A stretch of DNA of 32,000 bases from Xylella taiwanensis (GCF_013177435.1 NZ_CP053627.1:2280001-2312000), one strand, 5' to 3'. Numbered from the stretch's first letter, positions 19,032 to 29,420 are shown. Numbers and translations: made by a program. The notes: generated from the sequence alone by a model not told the origin.

Positions 19032-21044
19032 TCAAACCAGACCAGCCGCCCTGAGCTGCTGAATCTGATCTCGAATACGCGCTGCCGCCTCGAACTCCAA
19101 GTCACGCGCATGCTGGTACATCTGTTGCTCCAACACTTTTATCCGTGCAGCAATCTCAGCTTGACTAAGCACCCCATAATCGGCTGGAACCTCGGCGATT
19201 CTGCGATTCTTCCCATTACCAGCCTTAACCCCGACACCATCTCTGGCACCCTCCAGGATGTCGTTAATTGGCCGTACAACTGATTTCGGAACAATACCGT
19301 TCTGGGTGTTGTATTCCTTCTGCTTCTGTCGGCGTCGCTCGGTTTCATCGATCGCAGCGCGCATTGAACGAGTCACGCTATCGGCATACAAAATCGCCCT
19401 GCCACGTAAACTGCGTGCGGCGCGACCAATCGTCTGAATCAATGAACTGGTCGAACGCAGAAATCCCTCTTTGTCAGCGTCAAGAATCGCCACCAACGAC
19501 ACCTCGGGCATATCCAATCCCTCGCGTAGAAGGTTGATGCCGACCAGCACATCAAACTTGCCCAAACGCAAATCGCGGATGATCTCTACACGTTCCACAG
19601 TATCGATTTCCGAATGCAAGTAGCGTATCCGGATACCCTGCTCACTCAAATATTCAGTCAGGTTCTCGGCCATGCGCTTAGTTAACGTGGTGACCAAAAC
19701 CCGATCACCTAACTTGATACACGCATTGACTTCGGAAATCAGATCATCCACCTGCATCGCAACCGGGCGGATCTCTATCTCAGGATCAATCAAACCGGTT
19801 GGACGCACGACTAACTCTGTGACTTCACCCGCGGACTCACGTAGCTCATACGATCCAGGCGTCGCCGAGACATAGATGCTACGTGGCGAACGCATCTCCC
19901 ATTCTTCAAAGCGGAGCGGCCGATTGTCCAACGCAGACGGCAAGCGGAAACCGAATTCCACCAGCGTCTCTTTGCGCGAGCGGTCTCCCTTGAACATCGC
20001 ACCAATCTGCGGGATTGTCACGTGCGACTCATCAATGACCAGCAGTGCATCTGGTGGCAGATAATCGAACAGCGTCGGCGGCGGCTCTCCCGGAGCCTTA
20101 CCAGTTAAGTGACGAGAGTAATTCTCGATGCCATTGCAATACCCGACCTCAGCCATCATCTCTAAGTCAAACTGAGTACGCTGTGCCAAGCGTTGCGCCT
20201 CAACCAACTTATTCTGCACGTACAGATGTTCCAGGTACGCTTTCAGCTCATTCTTGATCGTATCCACTGCACTGAGCGTACGTTCGCGCGTCGTTGCATA
20301 GTGAGTTTTAGGATAGACGCTGTAGCGTTGCAGCTTGCGCAGGGTCTCACCAGTGAGCGGATCAAACAGGCTCAAACTTTCGATCTCTCCATCAAATAAT
20401 TCAATTCGAAGCGCTTCTGCGTCTGACTCGGCCGGGAATACGTCAACGACCTCGCCACGCACACGGAAGCTGCCGCGCACCAGGTCGAACTCGTTACGCG
20501 TGTACTGCAATTCAATGAGGTGCATAATTAGTTGCCGCTGCTCAATGTGTTCGCCCAGCGACAAGATCAAGCGTAACGAGAGATAATCATCAGGTGCACC
20601 AAGACCATAGATTGCCGACACGGTCGCAACCACCAGCACATCAGAGCGTGACAGCAATGCCTTGGTTGCAGCCAAACGCATCTGTTCGATGTATTCATTG
20701 ATGGAACTGTCCTTTTCAATGAAAGTGTCCGACGCCGGAACATACGCCTCGGGCTGATAGTAGTCATAGTAACTGACAAAATACTCTACAGCATTGCGCG
20801 GGAAGAACGCCTTGAATTCACCGTAAAGCTGTGCAGCCAAAGTCTTGTTCGGCGCCATCACCAGAGTCGGCTTCTGAATCCGCTCAACTACATTGGCGAT
20901 GGTGTAAGTTTTACCTGAACCGGTCACGCCCAGCAGCACCTGCTTAGCGATGCCAGCATGGAAGTTGGCGACCAGCTTCTGTATAGCCGCCGGCTGATCT
21001 CCAGAAGGAGAATATGAAGAAACAAGCTGAAACAAATCTGTCAT
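19032..21044 (-). CDS. uvrB: excinuclease ABC subunit B
   Basis: 670-aa ORF. It has Walker A (GVTGSGKT), helicase motifs (DESH, TPG.YE), a beta-hairpin region and the C-terminal UVR domain ([13 protein letters not shown]). Confidence 0.97.
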   Translation of the reverse strand: MTDLFQLVSSYSPSGDQPAAIQKLVANFHAGIAKQVLLGVTGSGKTYTIANVVERIQKPTLVMAPNKTLAAQLYGEFKAFFPRNAVEYFVSYYDYYQPEAYVPASDTFIEKDSSINEYIEQMRLAATKALLSRSDVLVVATVSAIYGLGAPDDYLSLRLILSLGEHIEQRQLIMHLIELQYTRNEFDLVRGSFRVRGEVVDVFPAESDAEALRIELFDGEIESLSLFDPLTGETLRKLQRYSVYPKTHYATTRERTLSAVDTIKNELKAYLEHLYVQNKLVEAQRLAQRTQFDLEMMAEVGYCNGIENYSRHLTGKAPGEPPPTLFDYLPPDALLVIDESHVTIPQIGAMFKGDRSRKETLVEFGFRLPSALDNRPLRFEEWEMRSPRSIYVSATPGSYELRESAGEVTELVVRPTGLIDPEIEIRPVAMQVDDLISEVNACIKLGDRVLVTTLTKRMAENLTEYLSEQGIRIRYLHSEIDTVERVEIIRDLRLGKFDVLVGINLLREGLDMPEVSLVAILDADKEGFLRSTSSLIQTIGRAARSLRGRAILYADSVTRSMRAAIDETERRRQKQKEYNTQNGIVPKSVVRPINDILEGARDGVGVKAGNGKNRRIAEVPADYGVLSQAEIAARIKVLEQQMYQHARDLEFEAAARIRDQIQQLRAAGLV

Positions 21045-21198
21045 AGCACAGTCATTCCGAGACGGTACCTAAAGTCTATAAGCGAACGACTGACATGAGA
21101 GCAGGTGGAATTCCTACACAAAATAGCGGCATCAACTTAATTGTTGAACTGACAATTTAAAGCACACTTCGGCACTCAACATGGTAGAGGCTATCCGT

Positions 21199-21744
21199 AT
21201 GCCACCATCCCGAGGCTACACATTGCCGGAACTATTCATCGTGATGGCGCTACTCACATTACTAACCGCCATCGGGTTTCCATTCTTCAAACGCATTCTG
21301 GAACGCCAAAGACTGGAAAATGCAATGTACATGCTGAGTTCGCAGTTCGCAGACGCTCGGCTGGCAGCCATCACTCAACAAATGCCCGTCAGCGTCTGTC
21401 CGAGCCACGGTGACAAGCAATGCCGTCAAGACAGCAACTGGAGCAGGGGCTGGATCACCTATCGTGATTGGAGTCGCGGGTCACAACCCGCCTCATCAGA
21501 GGCCATTTTGTACCAAGAGCAAGTCACCAACACCGACTCTCTAAGCATTATCTCCACATCCGGACGGTCACGGGTTCGCTTCCTTCCAGATGGCCGCAGT
21601 GCCGGCAGCAACATAAGCATACGCTTCTGTAACCATGATCGCTTATTCGGCCTCATCGTGGTCAACAATTTAGGCCGAATTCGCTCGGAACGAACACTCC
21701 ATCCTCAAACCTGCTCAAACAATTTAGAGAATGAACAAAAATAA
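21199..21744 (+). CDS. fimT: type IV pilus minor pilin / pseudopilin, FimT (GspH) family
   Basis: It has a prepilin class III signal, MPPSRG|YTLPELFIVMALLTLLTAIGFP, with Glu at +5 and a GspH/FimT-like body. The C-terminus contains GRIR (a GRxR-type motif). ATG 21199 is preferred over 21181 because it gives a short leader. Confidence 0.8.
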   Translation: MPPSRGYTLPELFIVMALLTLLTAIGFPFFKRILERQRLENAMYMLSSQFADARLAAITQQMPVSVCPSHGDKQCRQDSNWSRGWITYRDWSRGSQPASSEAILYQEQVTNTDSLSIISTSGRSRVRFLPDGRSAGSNISIRFCNHDRLFGLIVVNNLGRIRSERTLHPQTCSNNLENEQK

Positions 21745-22127
21745 ACTAAGAAGATCCAAAGCTCCCGAAATCGAAACATCATGGGAATAAACACCATGTA
21801 TTTCCCTGACATCTGAGGAGACCACTTATCGTTTTGTGCGAAGAACCATCATGAACAAGCAAAACACACCAAACCATTCGATTACAAAGCGATTTTAAAA
21901 GACTCATCGACAAATTGAACTTGGCAGAGTATGCGTTTCGCCCATACCGAACTCGCCATTATCTGCAAGAAATCAATAAATTAATCGGCTCCCATAAAAT
22001 GACGAAGAAATCAAACTATTCTCTAATCCTATATTATTCATCTGAATAGCGAATAATTTTAAAGAACCTTTGCCGTGAAAGCATATGCAAACTAAATTCT
22101 CGGTGGGTTCTGCAAGATTGCTGCTAA

Positions 22128-22163
22128 TCCGATTAATTCATCCACTCCGATTAATTCATCCAC
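22128..22163. repeat. perfect 18-bp tandem duplication (tccgattaattcatccac x2)
   Basis: Read directly in the ORF-free spacer between fimT and the bamC-like gene. Confidence 0.9.
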
Positions 22164-22450
22164 CTCTTGAAACCAGCACTCATTCGGAGAATGTCACAAA
22201 AACCCATCGGTTCCAAACACAACAGCAAAAAACACTGATTTAAGATAAACGGAAACCAAGCTAATCAATAAAAATACTTATACATTGAATTACACATCAG
22301 GCAATACTGGACTGAAGGACATCCAAAGATGAAATTACTTAAGCCAAAGCAAGACGATGCCCCAGAATTTCCGGGGGCATTGCCATTTATCTTATGATCA
22401 CCCAGATCAAAATACCCTGTGGCCCTACTCCACACACTGACAGCAACGCA

Positions 22451-22957
22451 TCATCGACCGAGCTTGGTTTTGAGCAGGCCTATCAGCTTAGTCGCAGCTT
22501 TTCCAGTAGCCGGCATACCACGCGAATCGACCACCGAGATATCGTTTCCTGCACTGCTGCTTGCAACACGCACCAAGAAGTTTTCATTCTCGTAGCCAAT
22601 ATCGTAGAAACCTAACGCCTGCGCCTTACTCGAGATGATTACATCCGGGATATCGGCCAATGCCTGACCCACATTAGTGAACACTTTGTCACGGTTACCA
22701 GCAATGGTAAAACCGCTTTTAGGCGAGATCGAGCCTGGCACCTCCTGCTGATGCATTGAGGATGCCTGGGACGGTGTTTTCATCCCTTCAGAAGTAGCCG
22801 GAATATTCAGATCCGGAGGCACCTCTAGCGGACGGGTCTCTGGTGCAAGTGCATAATCCCTATGGACGCCCTTACGCAACCAACTACAACCACTCAATGC
22901 AGCAACGACCAATAACACGAATGCATACACGTGAAGAGTAGTAACAGAATGACGCAT
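22451..22957 (-). CDS. bamC: lipoprotein, short BamC (NlpB)-like
   Basis: ATG 22957 is preceded by AGGAG. The lipobox is VVAALSG|C, followed by PLEVPPDL as in BamC N-termini. It sits 19 nt downstream of dapA, the conserved dapA-bamC arrangement. At 168 aa it is only about half the length of E. coli BamC. Confidence 0.7.
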   Translation of the reverse strand: MRHSVTTLHVYAFVLLVVAALSGCSWLRKGVHRDYALAPETRPLEVPPDLNIPATSEGMKTPSQASSMHQQEVPGSISPKSGFTIAGNRDKVFTNVGQALADIPDVIISSKAQALGFYDIGYENENFLVRVASSSAGNDISVVDSRGMPATGKAATKLIGLLKTKLGR

Positions 22958-22976
22958 CGAAAAATCTCCTGGTGTG

Positions 22977-23885
22977 TCAGGCCGCAACCATTTCGCGGCT
23001 AGAAAGTGCTTCCAATGCCGCCACTTGGCCAGCCAAGTGGTCGGCAATGTCATGATGGCATACCGACAACGGTAGCAGTGGTAAACGCAATCCATCACCA
23101 ATACCGGTACGCTGTAACAATGCCTTAATTGGGATCGGGTTGGATTCGACCCCACAAAATGCGTGAAAAGCAGCCAGACGTGCATTCCAGACATCAGTAC
23201 CGCCACGCTCACCAGCCCGAGCGAGATCACACAGGCGACGATAAGCCGACGGCAACACATTGGAACCAACCGAAATCAGACCGTCAGCACCGTCCAACAT
23301 CGAGCGTGCAGCACTGCTGTCGTCACCACTGAGGACAGCAAAACCTGGACTACACAGAGCAAGAAGCGCCTGAACACGCTCACGCTCGCCGCACGCTTCC
23401 TTAATGCCGACAATATTAGGATGTTCCGCCAAATCAGCCACGGTCTCCGGCAACAAATCGCAACCGGTACGGCTAGGTACGTTGTACAACACGACTGGCA
23501 ATCTACCCTCCTCCGCCACAGCCAGATAATGCGCCTTCAGTCCAAGTTGGTTCGGACGTGTGTACGGAGGAGTCACTACCAAAGCATAGCCCGCACCATT
23601 GTCAGCCGCGCGCTTGGTTTGAGCAATCGTTTTGGCAGTCCCCGACAAACCAGTACCCGCCAACACCGGCACACGCCCACCAATCCGGACCACAGCCGAG
23701 CACAGCAGCTCGTCATACTCAGCATCGGTCAAAGTAGAAGCCTCACCTGTGGAACCAGCAACAACCACGCCCTGCACACCACCTGCTAATTGCCGATCCA
23801 GCAGGCGAACCCACGCATCACGGTCCAATGCGCTTTGTTGATCAAACGGAGTGACCAGCGCAGTGATAATGCCGGAAAGTGACAA
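22977..23885 (-). CDS. dapA: 4-hydroxy-tetrahydrodipicolinate synthase
   Basis: 302-aa ORF with DapA hallmarks ([31 protein letters not shown]). Confidence 0.96.
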   Translation of the reverse strand: MSLSGIITALVTPFDQQSALDRDAWVRLLDRQLAGGVQGVVVAGSTGEASTLTDAEYDELLCSAVVRIGGRVPVLAGTGLSGTAKTIAQTKRAADNGAGYALVVTPPYTRPNQLGLKAHYLAVAEEGRLPVVLYNVPSRTGCDLLPETVADLAEHPNIVGIKEACGERERVQALLALCSPGFAVLSGDDSSAARSMLDGADGLISVGSNVLPSAYRRLCDLARAGERGGTDVWNARLAAFHAFCGVESNPIPIKALLQRTGIGDGLRLPLLPLSVCHHDIADHLAGQVAALEALSSREMVAA

Positions 23886-24037
23886 GACAGTAATACTCTG
23901 TAAACGAGTGAGGGCAACAGCTTTAAGGACAAGCCACGGATAGAAATCCGAAACATGTTACTTGCGGCAAGAAAGCGGGGGCAAGTATGCTGGTGACCGC
24001 TCCAAGCAGAAACCGGGGCGCCATTCAGCATGATGCA

Positions 24038-24613
24038 ATGCCGGACTCCCATTTGACCGACCCCACTGCACGGCCATCGCCGACCGAAAACTACCTCCTG
24101 ATCAACGCCTACTCGATGCATCCGGAGTCACCCTTACTCTCCGTCACCCGTCGCATCGCCGATAGCGGCTGCAACCTAATGGAGGCCCGGCTGGCTACGG
24201 TCGGTCGTGACGTCTCCGTGACGACGCTGGCAACCGGCTCCTGGGACGCTGTTGCCAAACTTGAAGCGATGCTGTCACGACTGGAACGCGAGGAAGGATT
24301 GAAACTGATCTGGTACCGCACTGGTGCCAAACAAACCCAGTCCAACCTGCTGCCGTATATCGTCGAGGTCATCGCTGCCGACAAACCAGGCATCCTATTC
24401 CAGTTGGCCGATTTTTTCGACCGCCAGGGAATTACCATAGAAAACCTTCAAAGCACCCGCTACCGGGCAATGCAAACCGGTGCAGAAATGTTCTCAGCAC
24501 AGGTCACTATTGGCATCCCTGCAAACATGCATATTGCTGCACTACGCGACGATTTTCTGGAATTCTGCGATCACCTCAATCTCGATGCAATTCTGGATCC
24601 GATGAAATTCTGA
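24038..24613 (+). CDS. gcvR: glycine cleavage system transcriptional repressor (tandem ACT domains)
   Basis: It has two ACT-like repeats (YLLINAYS...ADSGCNLMEARL and YIVEVIAADKPGILFQLADFF..QGITIENL). It has the conserved position between dapA and bcp, as in E. coli. The start at 24038 gives 191 aa; the ORF is open from 23987. Confidence 0.8.
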   Translation: MPDSHLTDPTARPSPTENYLLINAYSMHPESPLLSVTRRIADSGCNLMEARLATVGRDVSVTTLATGSWDAVAKLEAMLSRLEREEGLKLIWYRTGAKQTQSNLLPYIVEVIAADKPGILFQLADFFDRQGITIENLQSTRYRAMQTGAEMFSAQVTIGIPANMHIAALRDDFLEFCDHLNLDAILDPMKF

Positions 24614-24660
24614 GCTTTCACCTCCCATTCCCGCATTCTCCCCAGGCAACACCTCTATCT

Positions 24661-25140
24661 ATGAACATCGGCGACACTCTGAACCATTCGCTCCTCAATC
24701 ACCCCCTGATGCTATCGGGCGGCACCTGTAAAACACTGGGCGACTATGCCAATCAATGGCTGGTGCTCTACTTCTATCCTAAAGACAACACACCCGGCTG
24801 CACGACCGAAGGTTTGGACTTCAACCTCCTGCTGCCGCAATTTGAGCGCATCAGCGCAACCGTCCTTGGCGTCTCTCGTGATTCCGTCAAATCGCACGAC
24901 ACCTTCTGCGCCAAACAGAGTTTCAAATTTCCATTGGTCAGCGACAGCGACGGAATACTGTGCAAAGCATTTGACGTCATCAAAGAAAAGACAATGTACG
25001 GACGCCAAGTTATCGGAATAGAACGCAGTACATTCCTGATCGGGCCAACACACTGCATCGTCGAAACGTGGCACAAAGTCAAAGTACCAGGCCACGCTGA
25101 AGCAGTATTGGCCAGACTCAAGGCCCACGCCAAGCAATGA
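24661..25140 (+). CDS. bcp: thioredoxin-dependent peroxiredoxin Bcp (PrxQ)
   Basis: 159-aa ORF with the peroxidatic motif YFYPKDNTPGCTTE and the AhpC/TSA fold pattern. Confidence 0.93.
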   Translation: MNIGDTLNHSLLNHPLMLSGGTCKTLGDYANQWLVLYFYPKDNTPGCTTEGLDFNLLLPQFERISATVLGVSRDSVKSHDTFCAKQSFKFPLVSDSDGILCKAFDVIKEKTMYGRQVIGIERSTFLIGPTHCIVETWHKVKVPGHAEAVLARLKAHAKQ

Positions 25141-25217
25141 CCAACGCCTACCGCCTCATCGCCCCCTTGTAACGCAGTTCATGGCAAACGGCCACCGCGC
25201 CACACCAGGAATTTCAG

Positions 25218-26618
25218 ATGACCCAAGGCAAGCGCATCTACGTACTGGACACCAACGTACTCATCCACGATCCAACCGCTCTGTTTAAGTTTGAAGAACA
25301 CGACATGTTCTTGCCAATGCAGGTGATCGAAGAATTAGACCGTGCTAAGAAAGGCGCCTCGGAAATCAGCCGCAACGCACGCCAAGTGAGTCGTTTCCTC
25401 GACGAACTCATGAACAACACCAACGCTGATCAGATCGAGGCGGGCATCCCCCTAAGCCCCCCTGAAAGCATTCAACTCAAGGACCAATGCAGCATCGGCA
25501 AGCTGTACTTCCAAACCCGCCCCACCGAACCCGGGAATGCTTTATGGAACATCGCTCCAGACAACAACATTCTGGCAGCAGTGCTAACGCTACACGAGCA
25601 ACACCCAGAGATGTCAGTAATATTGGTGTCCAAAGACATCAACCTGCGCATCAAGGCATCGATCAAAGGTTTAATCGCTGAGGACTATGAGAACGACCGT
25701 GCATTGAACGACTTCAGCCTGTTATTCACCGGAGTCAGCGAATTACCCGAAGATTTTTGGAAAAAGCATCACCAGGACCTACGCAGTTGGAACGACAAAG
25801 GCTGCACATACTACGAAATTGCGTTACAGAAAGACGAGGAGTGGTATCCCAACCAATACCTCTACCTTCCAGGTGAAGAAGAAGTCGAACTGCGAGTCCG
25901 TCAGGTTCTAGGCAATCGCAAGGTAACGCTGAACCTAGTAGAAGATTTCCGCAACGACCAGCGCACGGTCTGGGGTATCACTGCACGCAACCGAGAACAA
26001 AACTTCGCATTCAACGCGCTGATGGACCCTAATATCGATTTTGTCTCGCTGCTCGGCACTGCCGGCACTGGCAAAACCTTGTTAGCACTGGCCGCTGGCT
26101 TAGCACAAACCATGGAACAACAACGTTACCGCGAGATCATCATGACCCGCGCCACCGTCAGCGTTGGCGAGGATATCGGTTTTCTACCAGGTACCGAAGA
26201 AGAAAAGATGACGCCGTGGATGGGCGCACTCACCGACAACCTCGAAGTCCTCACCCACACCCAGGAAGGAAGTGCCTGGGGCCGCACAGCAACCAACGAC
26301 CTACTGACTAGTCGGATCAAGATCCGCTCAATGAACTTCATGCGGGGACGCACCTTTTTGTCACGCTACCTCATTCTCGACGAAGCACAGAACCTCACGC
26401 CTAAGCAGATGAAAACCCTCATCACACGTGCAGGGCCAGGCACGAAAATCGTCTGCCTCGGCAACGTCGAACAAATCGATACCCCTTACTTGACCGAAAC
26501 CACCTCTGGTCTTACCTATGCCGTCGACCGCTTCAAGAGATGGCCCCACAGCGCACACGTGACCCTGCGCCGCGGTGAACGTTCGCGCCTTGCCGACTAC
26601 GCCTCGGAAGTCTTGTGA
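25218..26618 (+). CDS. PhoH2-type protein: N-terminal PIN domain fused to a PhoH-like ATPase
   Basis: The N-terminus (YVLDTNVLIHDP...QVIEELD) is PIN-like. The C-terminal half has Walker A (GTAGTGKT), Walker B (ILDEAQN) and the PhoH signature. Confidence 0.9.
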   Translation: MTQGKRIYVLDTNVLIHDPTALFKFEEHDMFLPMQVIEELDRAKKGASEISRNARQVSRFLDELMNNTNADQIEAGIPLSPPESIQLKDQCSIGKLYFQTRPTEPGNALWNIAPDNNILAAVLTLHEQHPEMSVILVSKDINLRIKASIKGLIAEDYENDRALNDFSLLFTGVSELPEDFWKKHHQDLRSWNDKGCTYYEIALQKDEEWYPNQYLYLPGEEEVELRVRQVLGNRKVTLNLVEDFRNDQRTVWGITARNREQNFAFNALMDPNIDFVSLLGTAGTGKTLLALAAGLAQTMEQQRYREIIMTRATVSVGEDIGFLPGTEEEKMTPWMGALTDNLEVLTHTQEGSAWGRTATNDLLTSRIKIRSMNFMRGRTFLSRYLILDEAQNLTPKQMKTLITRAGPGTKIVCLGNVEQIDTPYLTETTSGLTYAVDRFKRWPHSAHVTLRRGERSRLADYASEVL

Positions 26619-26850
26619 AAGTAACCTGAGAGCATGCTGAGATACTCAGCAGCAACTGATCACTACACACTGAACTCACCGACCAACAGCCCAGTACACA
26701 TTGACAAGCAACGCACTACCTCTGAAAACTTTTTAAAATCTATCTAAAAAGTAGCCACTGCCGTGATGCTATCAAATGATACGTCCCCGATAAGGACGGA
26801 CTGCAGAGTCATCAATGAAAAATACAGTCGTATTCATTGTCTGAGTTCTC

Positions 26851-27545
26851 GTGCACAGCATTACAGACAAGCTCCGTTTATTAGAAGCGGCACAGCAGAT
26901 TGTGCAAAGGAGATCGCATGATTTTCTGGTGGTGGCAGAAAACGTGGCCGGTCACACATGTAAAGTGATGCGGCAACCCAGTGTCGTCTTTCGCTGCAGT
27001 GTTTATTTAGATTGCCACTCAGTCAGAGTATTTGGCTGGTAGACAATCTGCCGAGATTGCCAAACCTGAATTGGCCGAAACGCGATTTCAGCACAATCTC
27101 TCGGTACCAGAAGCGCTTGCAGGTTGGCATCCCTTATGGTGGTAGGAGCGATGTTTTGGCACTGTTGGTCGATAGCACGGATGTCAAGATGTGTGCTGAA
27201 AAGGAATAGGAAACGAAGCAGTACACTGCTCACCACTGTCGTTAGTGACACAAGTTACATCTGGGGTTGACGCCCGCACCCATACCATTGAGGCCACCAG
27301 CAACCGTGTGGGCAATGCACCGATGCGGTTGGAGCTTTGGAAGACATATCCTCCCGGACCTCATGCAGGCCATAAAATTTTCAGGAATTCTCAGTGTAAC
27401 CCCATGCAGTATTTTAAATTGCGCGGCGAGCGCATGATGTCTGGTGATTTTGGCCGTCAAGCTGCAAAATTTCACGAACCGTCTTGCTCAAGCGTTTTGC
27501 CCAACTCCGAATCCCCTATGACCGTCACCACGCCATCAATCCGTC
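26851..27545 (+). mobile_element. decayed IS5-family transposase relic (IS5/IS903-like subgroup, distinct from copies A/B)
   Basis: Plus-strand fragments occur in shifting frames. DFSTISRYQKRLQVGIPYGGRSDVLALLVDSTDVKM matches DYSTLSRRxKxLxVxxP....HLLVDSTGxKxxGEGEW. HKLHLGVDARTHTIEA matches WRKLHLAVDxxTxxIxA. SGDFGRQAAK and VLLKRFAQLRIP match RDFDRQVAE...VAVLNRFTxLGxP. Stops and frameshifts occur throughout. The left boundary is uncertain. Confidence 0.6.
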
Positions 27546-28150
27546 CTGAATAGCTGAGGTCGACCTTCCACTCATTTGGGCAATCAAGTGCGTATTCACT
27601 GCAGGTCCGCAGTGGTCGCCTCGGATCACATGGCGTCGCCACAGAGTGTCGAAAGACACATTGACCCAAATCGATGTCGCTGGGCAGATTGGCGTTCTCG
27701 GCAGCAGCGAGCGTGTCATTAGCGATTGACACAAGTATTGCCATCGTTGCTGGCGAGCATGGCACTCACCGATCCAGCCGGTGTGAGGATCAGCGCCCTT
27801 CCAAGGTGTGGTATCACGGATAAGGGGCAGTACATCGTCCACTTCGTAGATTACGGCGCGGACTGGTTCATGGCGTGTTTCCTTGAATGTGGTTGAAACG
27901 GTGGATGCGCTCCAGCAACCTCACCGGATATTGAGCATTCGGAAGATCGTAGAAGAATTGTTCGCCTTGTAGCAGTAAAGTGCGTGCTGACATAACGCAG
28001 GGCACGTGCCATCCCGAGGTAGCGGTAAACACTCAATCTTCATGGCAAGACGCAGCCATGCACGGTGTGGCGATCGACGACAGAGTCCAGGAATCGGACT
28101 CAATGCCTTGGCTACCATGCGGGCAATGCGGCACCCATCACTGTGGTGTC
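27546..28150 (-). pseudogene. mutL N-terminal (ATPase domain) relic, 3'-truncated at the IS relic
   Basis: Minus-strand frames follow MutL order. CRIARMVAKALSPIPG matches NQIAAGEVVERPASV. RLAMKIE matches RIDIDIE. LPRDGTCPAL matches IRDNGCGI. QHAL matches RHAT. YDL follows. EVDDVL..DTTPWKG..HTGWIGECHAR matches LEVxDLFxNTPARRKF..TEFxHIxExxRR. There are several stops and frameshifts. There is no C-terminal dimerisation domain before the IS relic. Confidence 0.5.
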
Positions 28151-28169
28151 GAGCATCCATTAACACTCA

Positions 28170-28900
28170 GATAATCGTTGAGCAGCCCCAGCACAACCTC
28201 GACCTCAGCATGGTTGTCTCCTTCGATCACCAAGTCGCGTGGCACGATCTCGAACCAGTACGCTTAACTGCCGTTGGCATACTCCACGTTACCGGTGAAA
28301 TGCCTGTTCACCTGGCCGCGAACGGTGATGTGTTCGATAGCATTGAACACAACGATGTGTCCACCATGACGGCGCAGGAGACTTTCAGCAATCATATGCT
28401 CCACCAAGAGGCGCTTGGTGCCGTTCAAGTTGGATACGGAACCGCACTACGTCATTGATGATGTTCCAACCGTTTCCGCCATCGCGAATTTCACGGACAA
28501 GCGCCTTCACACCAGCAGCGCGCGCATCGTGACGATGGATACGGTGCAGTTCCTGGACCAGCTTCCGTGCCGTCCGGATATCAATGACCAGGGCACTCAT
28601 GCTTGAGGCACCTGGACTTGGAGGTCAACCAAGCCTTCTGCAACGCGGTACTCGAACCATTGGAAGATGACCTCGAACTGATTGATGTTGTCACCAGACC
28701 TGATTTCGAGCGATTTAACATGAAGGCGATGCTCATATTCCAGACCATCGTTACGTAACACCGTCTCGGTGCTGTCTGGCGCCCAATCGTGGACCCTTTC
28801 CGAGAAAGGAAGCCGGTCAAATTCTTCCTTGGATTTTGGTCTCGCATAGACCAGGCCTGGAAGCGGCACTCTGCAAAATGAATTGTGCATAGGAGGTCCC
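28170..28900 (-). pseudogene. N-acetylmuramoyl-L-alanine amidase (AmiB/AmiC, Amidase_3) relic
   Basis: Minus-strand frames match the amidase in order. MSALVIDIRTARK matches VVVIDPGHGGxD. GVKALVREI matches GxxVxLTRD. KRLLVEHMIAES matches ADLFVSIHADA. RRHGGHIVVFNA matches ARGASVYVLS. RDLVIEGDNHAEVEVVL matches PAVLVExGFxSNxxEExxL. The upstream ORF 28597..28977 would be the AMIN-like N-terminal part. The catalytic residues are lost and the middle of the domain is shortened. Confidence 0.45.
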
Positions 28901-28999
28901 ATGGTGTGTACGGATGAGCAGGAATTCGGCCACGCGTAGACGTGTCGTAATTCAGTAGGGAAACAGGGATAGATCAACTAGCCTGAATGCCGTACCTCA

Positions 29000-29420
29000 T
29001 GCGTGGTGTCACCGTGCTTGATACAGGGTGTGAGATTGCGCAACACAGCAACCTTTTCCTTGCGCAGCAGCAGTCGTCTGCATGTTGTCCTGCACGTTCA
29101 GCACCTGCAGAATGGCGAAAAATATGTGGCAATTATCTCTTTTTACATATAGATCACATAAATGCCTGGCGCGTTGCCATATGCGTCGAACACGTATTCC
29201 TGGCTCAGCGTGCCCCCTCTGTCTTACATGTATGACGGTCTCCACGATAACAGCGGGCCACCCCGCCTACCGTCCAACATAACGTACTGTGCAAGCGGAG
29301 CATCGAGCCATTGCAGGCAGCGACATTACAAACGGCAGCACAGTTCAGGCTGGCCACGGTCGTCGCCAAGACTGAAGATGGCTGCGTGATCAAAGCACCC
29401 TGCTGCCGCTTGTGTGAGTT
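29000..29420 (-). pseudogene. tsaE (yjeE, t6A biosynthesis ATPase) relic
   Basis: Minus-strand frames match TsaE in order with TsaE-like spacing. AAIFSLGDDRGQPELCCR matches TVIYLYGDLGAGKTTFSRG. LHSTLCWTV matches VKSPTYTLV. CYRGDRHT matches VYHFDLYRL. HLCDLYVKR matches AICLVEWPE. The P-loop is destroyed and there are stops between segments. Confidence 0.45.

Noticed and set aside
21045-21198. A LexA/SOS operator upstream of uvrB.
   Set aside because: There is no TTAG-N6-TACTA-type (Xanthomonadaceae) or CTGT-N8-ACAG-type box. Only a weak 6-bp inverted repeat is present (aattgt-N7-acaatt at 21139-21157).
22958-23269. An upstream extension of the lipoprotein ORF to 272 aa (22451..23269).
   Set aside because: The extension overlaps the 3' end of dapA in another frame and is Cys/His/Trp-rich. 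ATG 22957 has an AGGAG ribosome-binding site and yields a canonical lipoprotein signal peptide.
23163-23789. A 208-aa plus-strand ORF.
   Set aside because: It is antisense to dapA, which has unmistakable family motifs. This is a shadow ORF.
24712-25137. 141-aa and 119-aa minus-strand ORFs.
   Set aside because: They are antisense to bcp. These are shadow ORFs.
28006-28458. A 150-aa plus-strand ORF, the longest frame in the 26.6-30.4 kb spacer.
   Set aside because: It has no recognisable motifs. The opposite strand carries the ordered amidase/MutL remnants, so I treat it as a chance open frame in relic DNA.
28385-28977. Two minus-strand ORFs (28597..28977 and 28385..28600) overlap by ATGA and look like a small two-gene toxin-antitoxin or defence module.
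   Set aside because: I could not match either to a TA or defence family. Read across frames, they fit the AMIN-like N-terminal part and the Amidase_3 core of a single decayed AmiB/AmiC gene. They also sit in the expected tsaE-amiC-mutL order. The ATGA overlap is more likely a frameshift junction.
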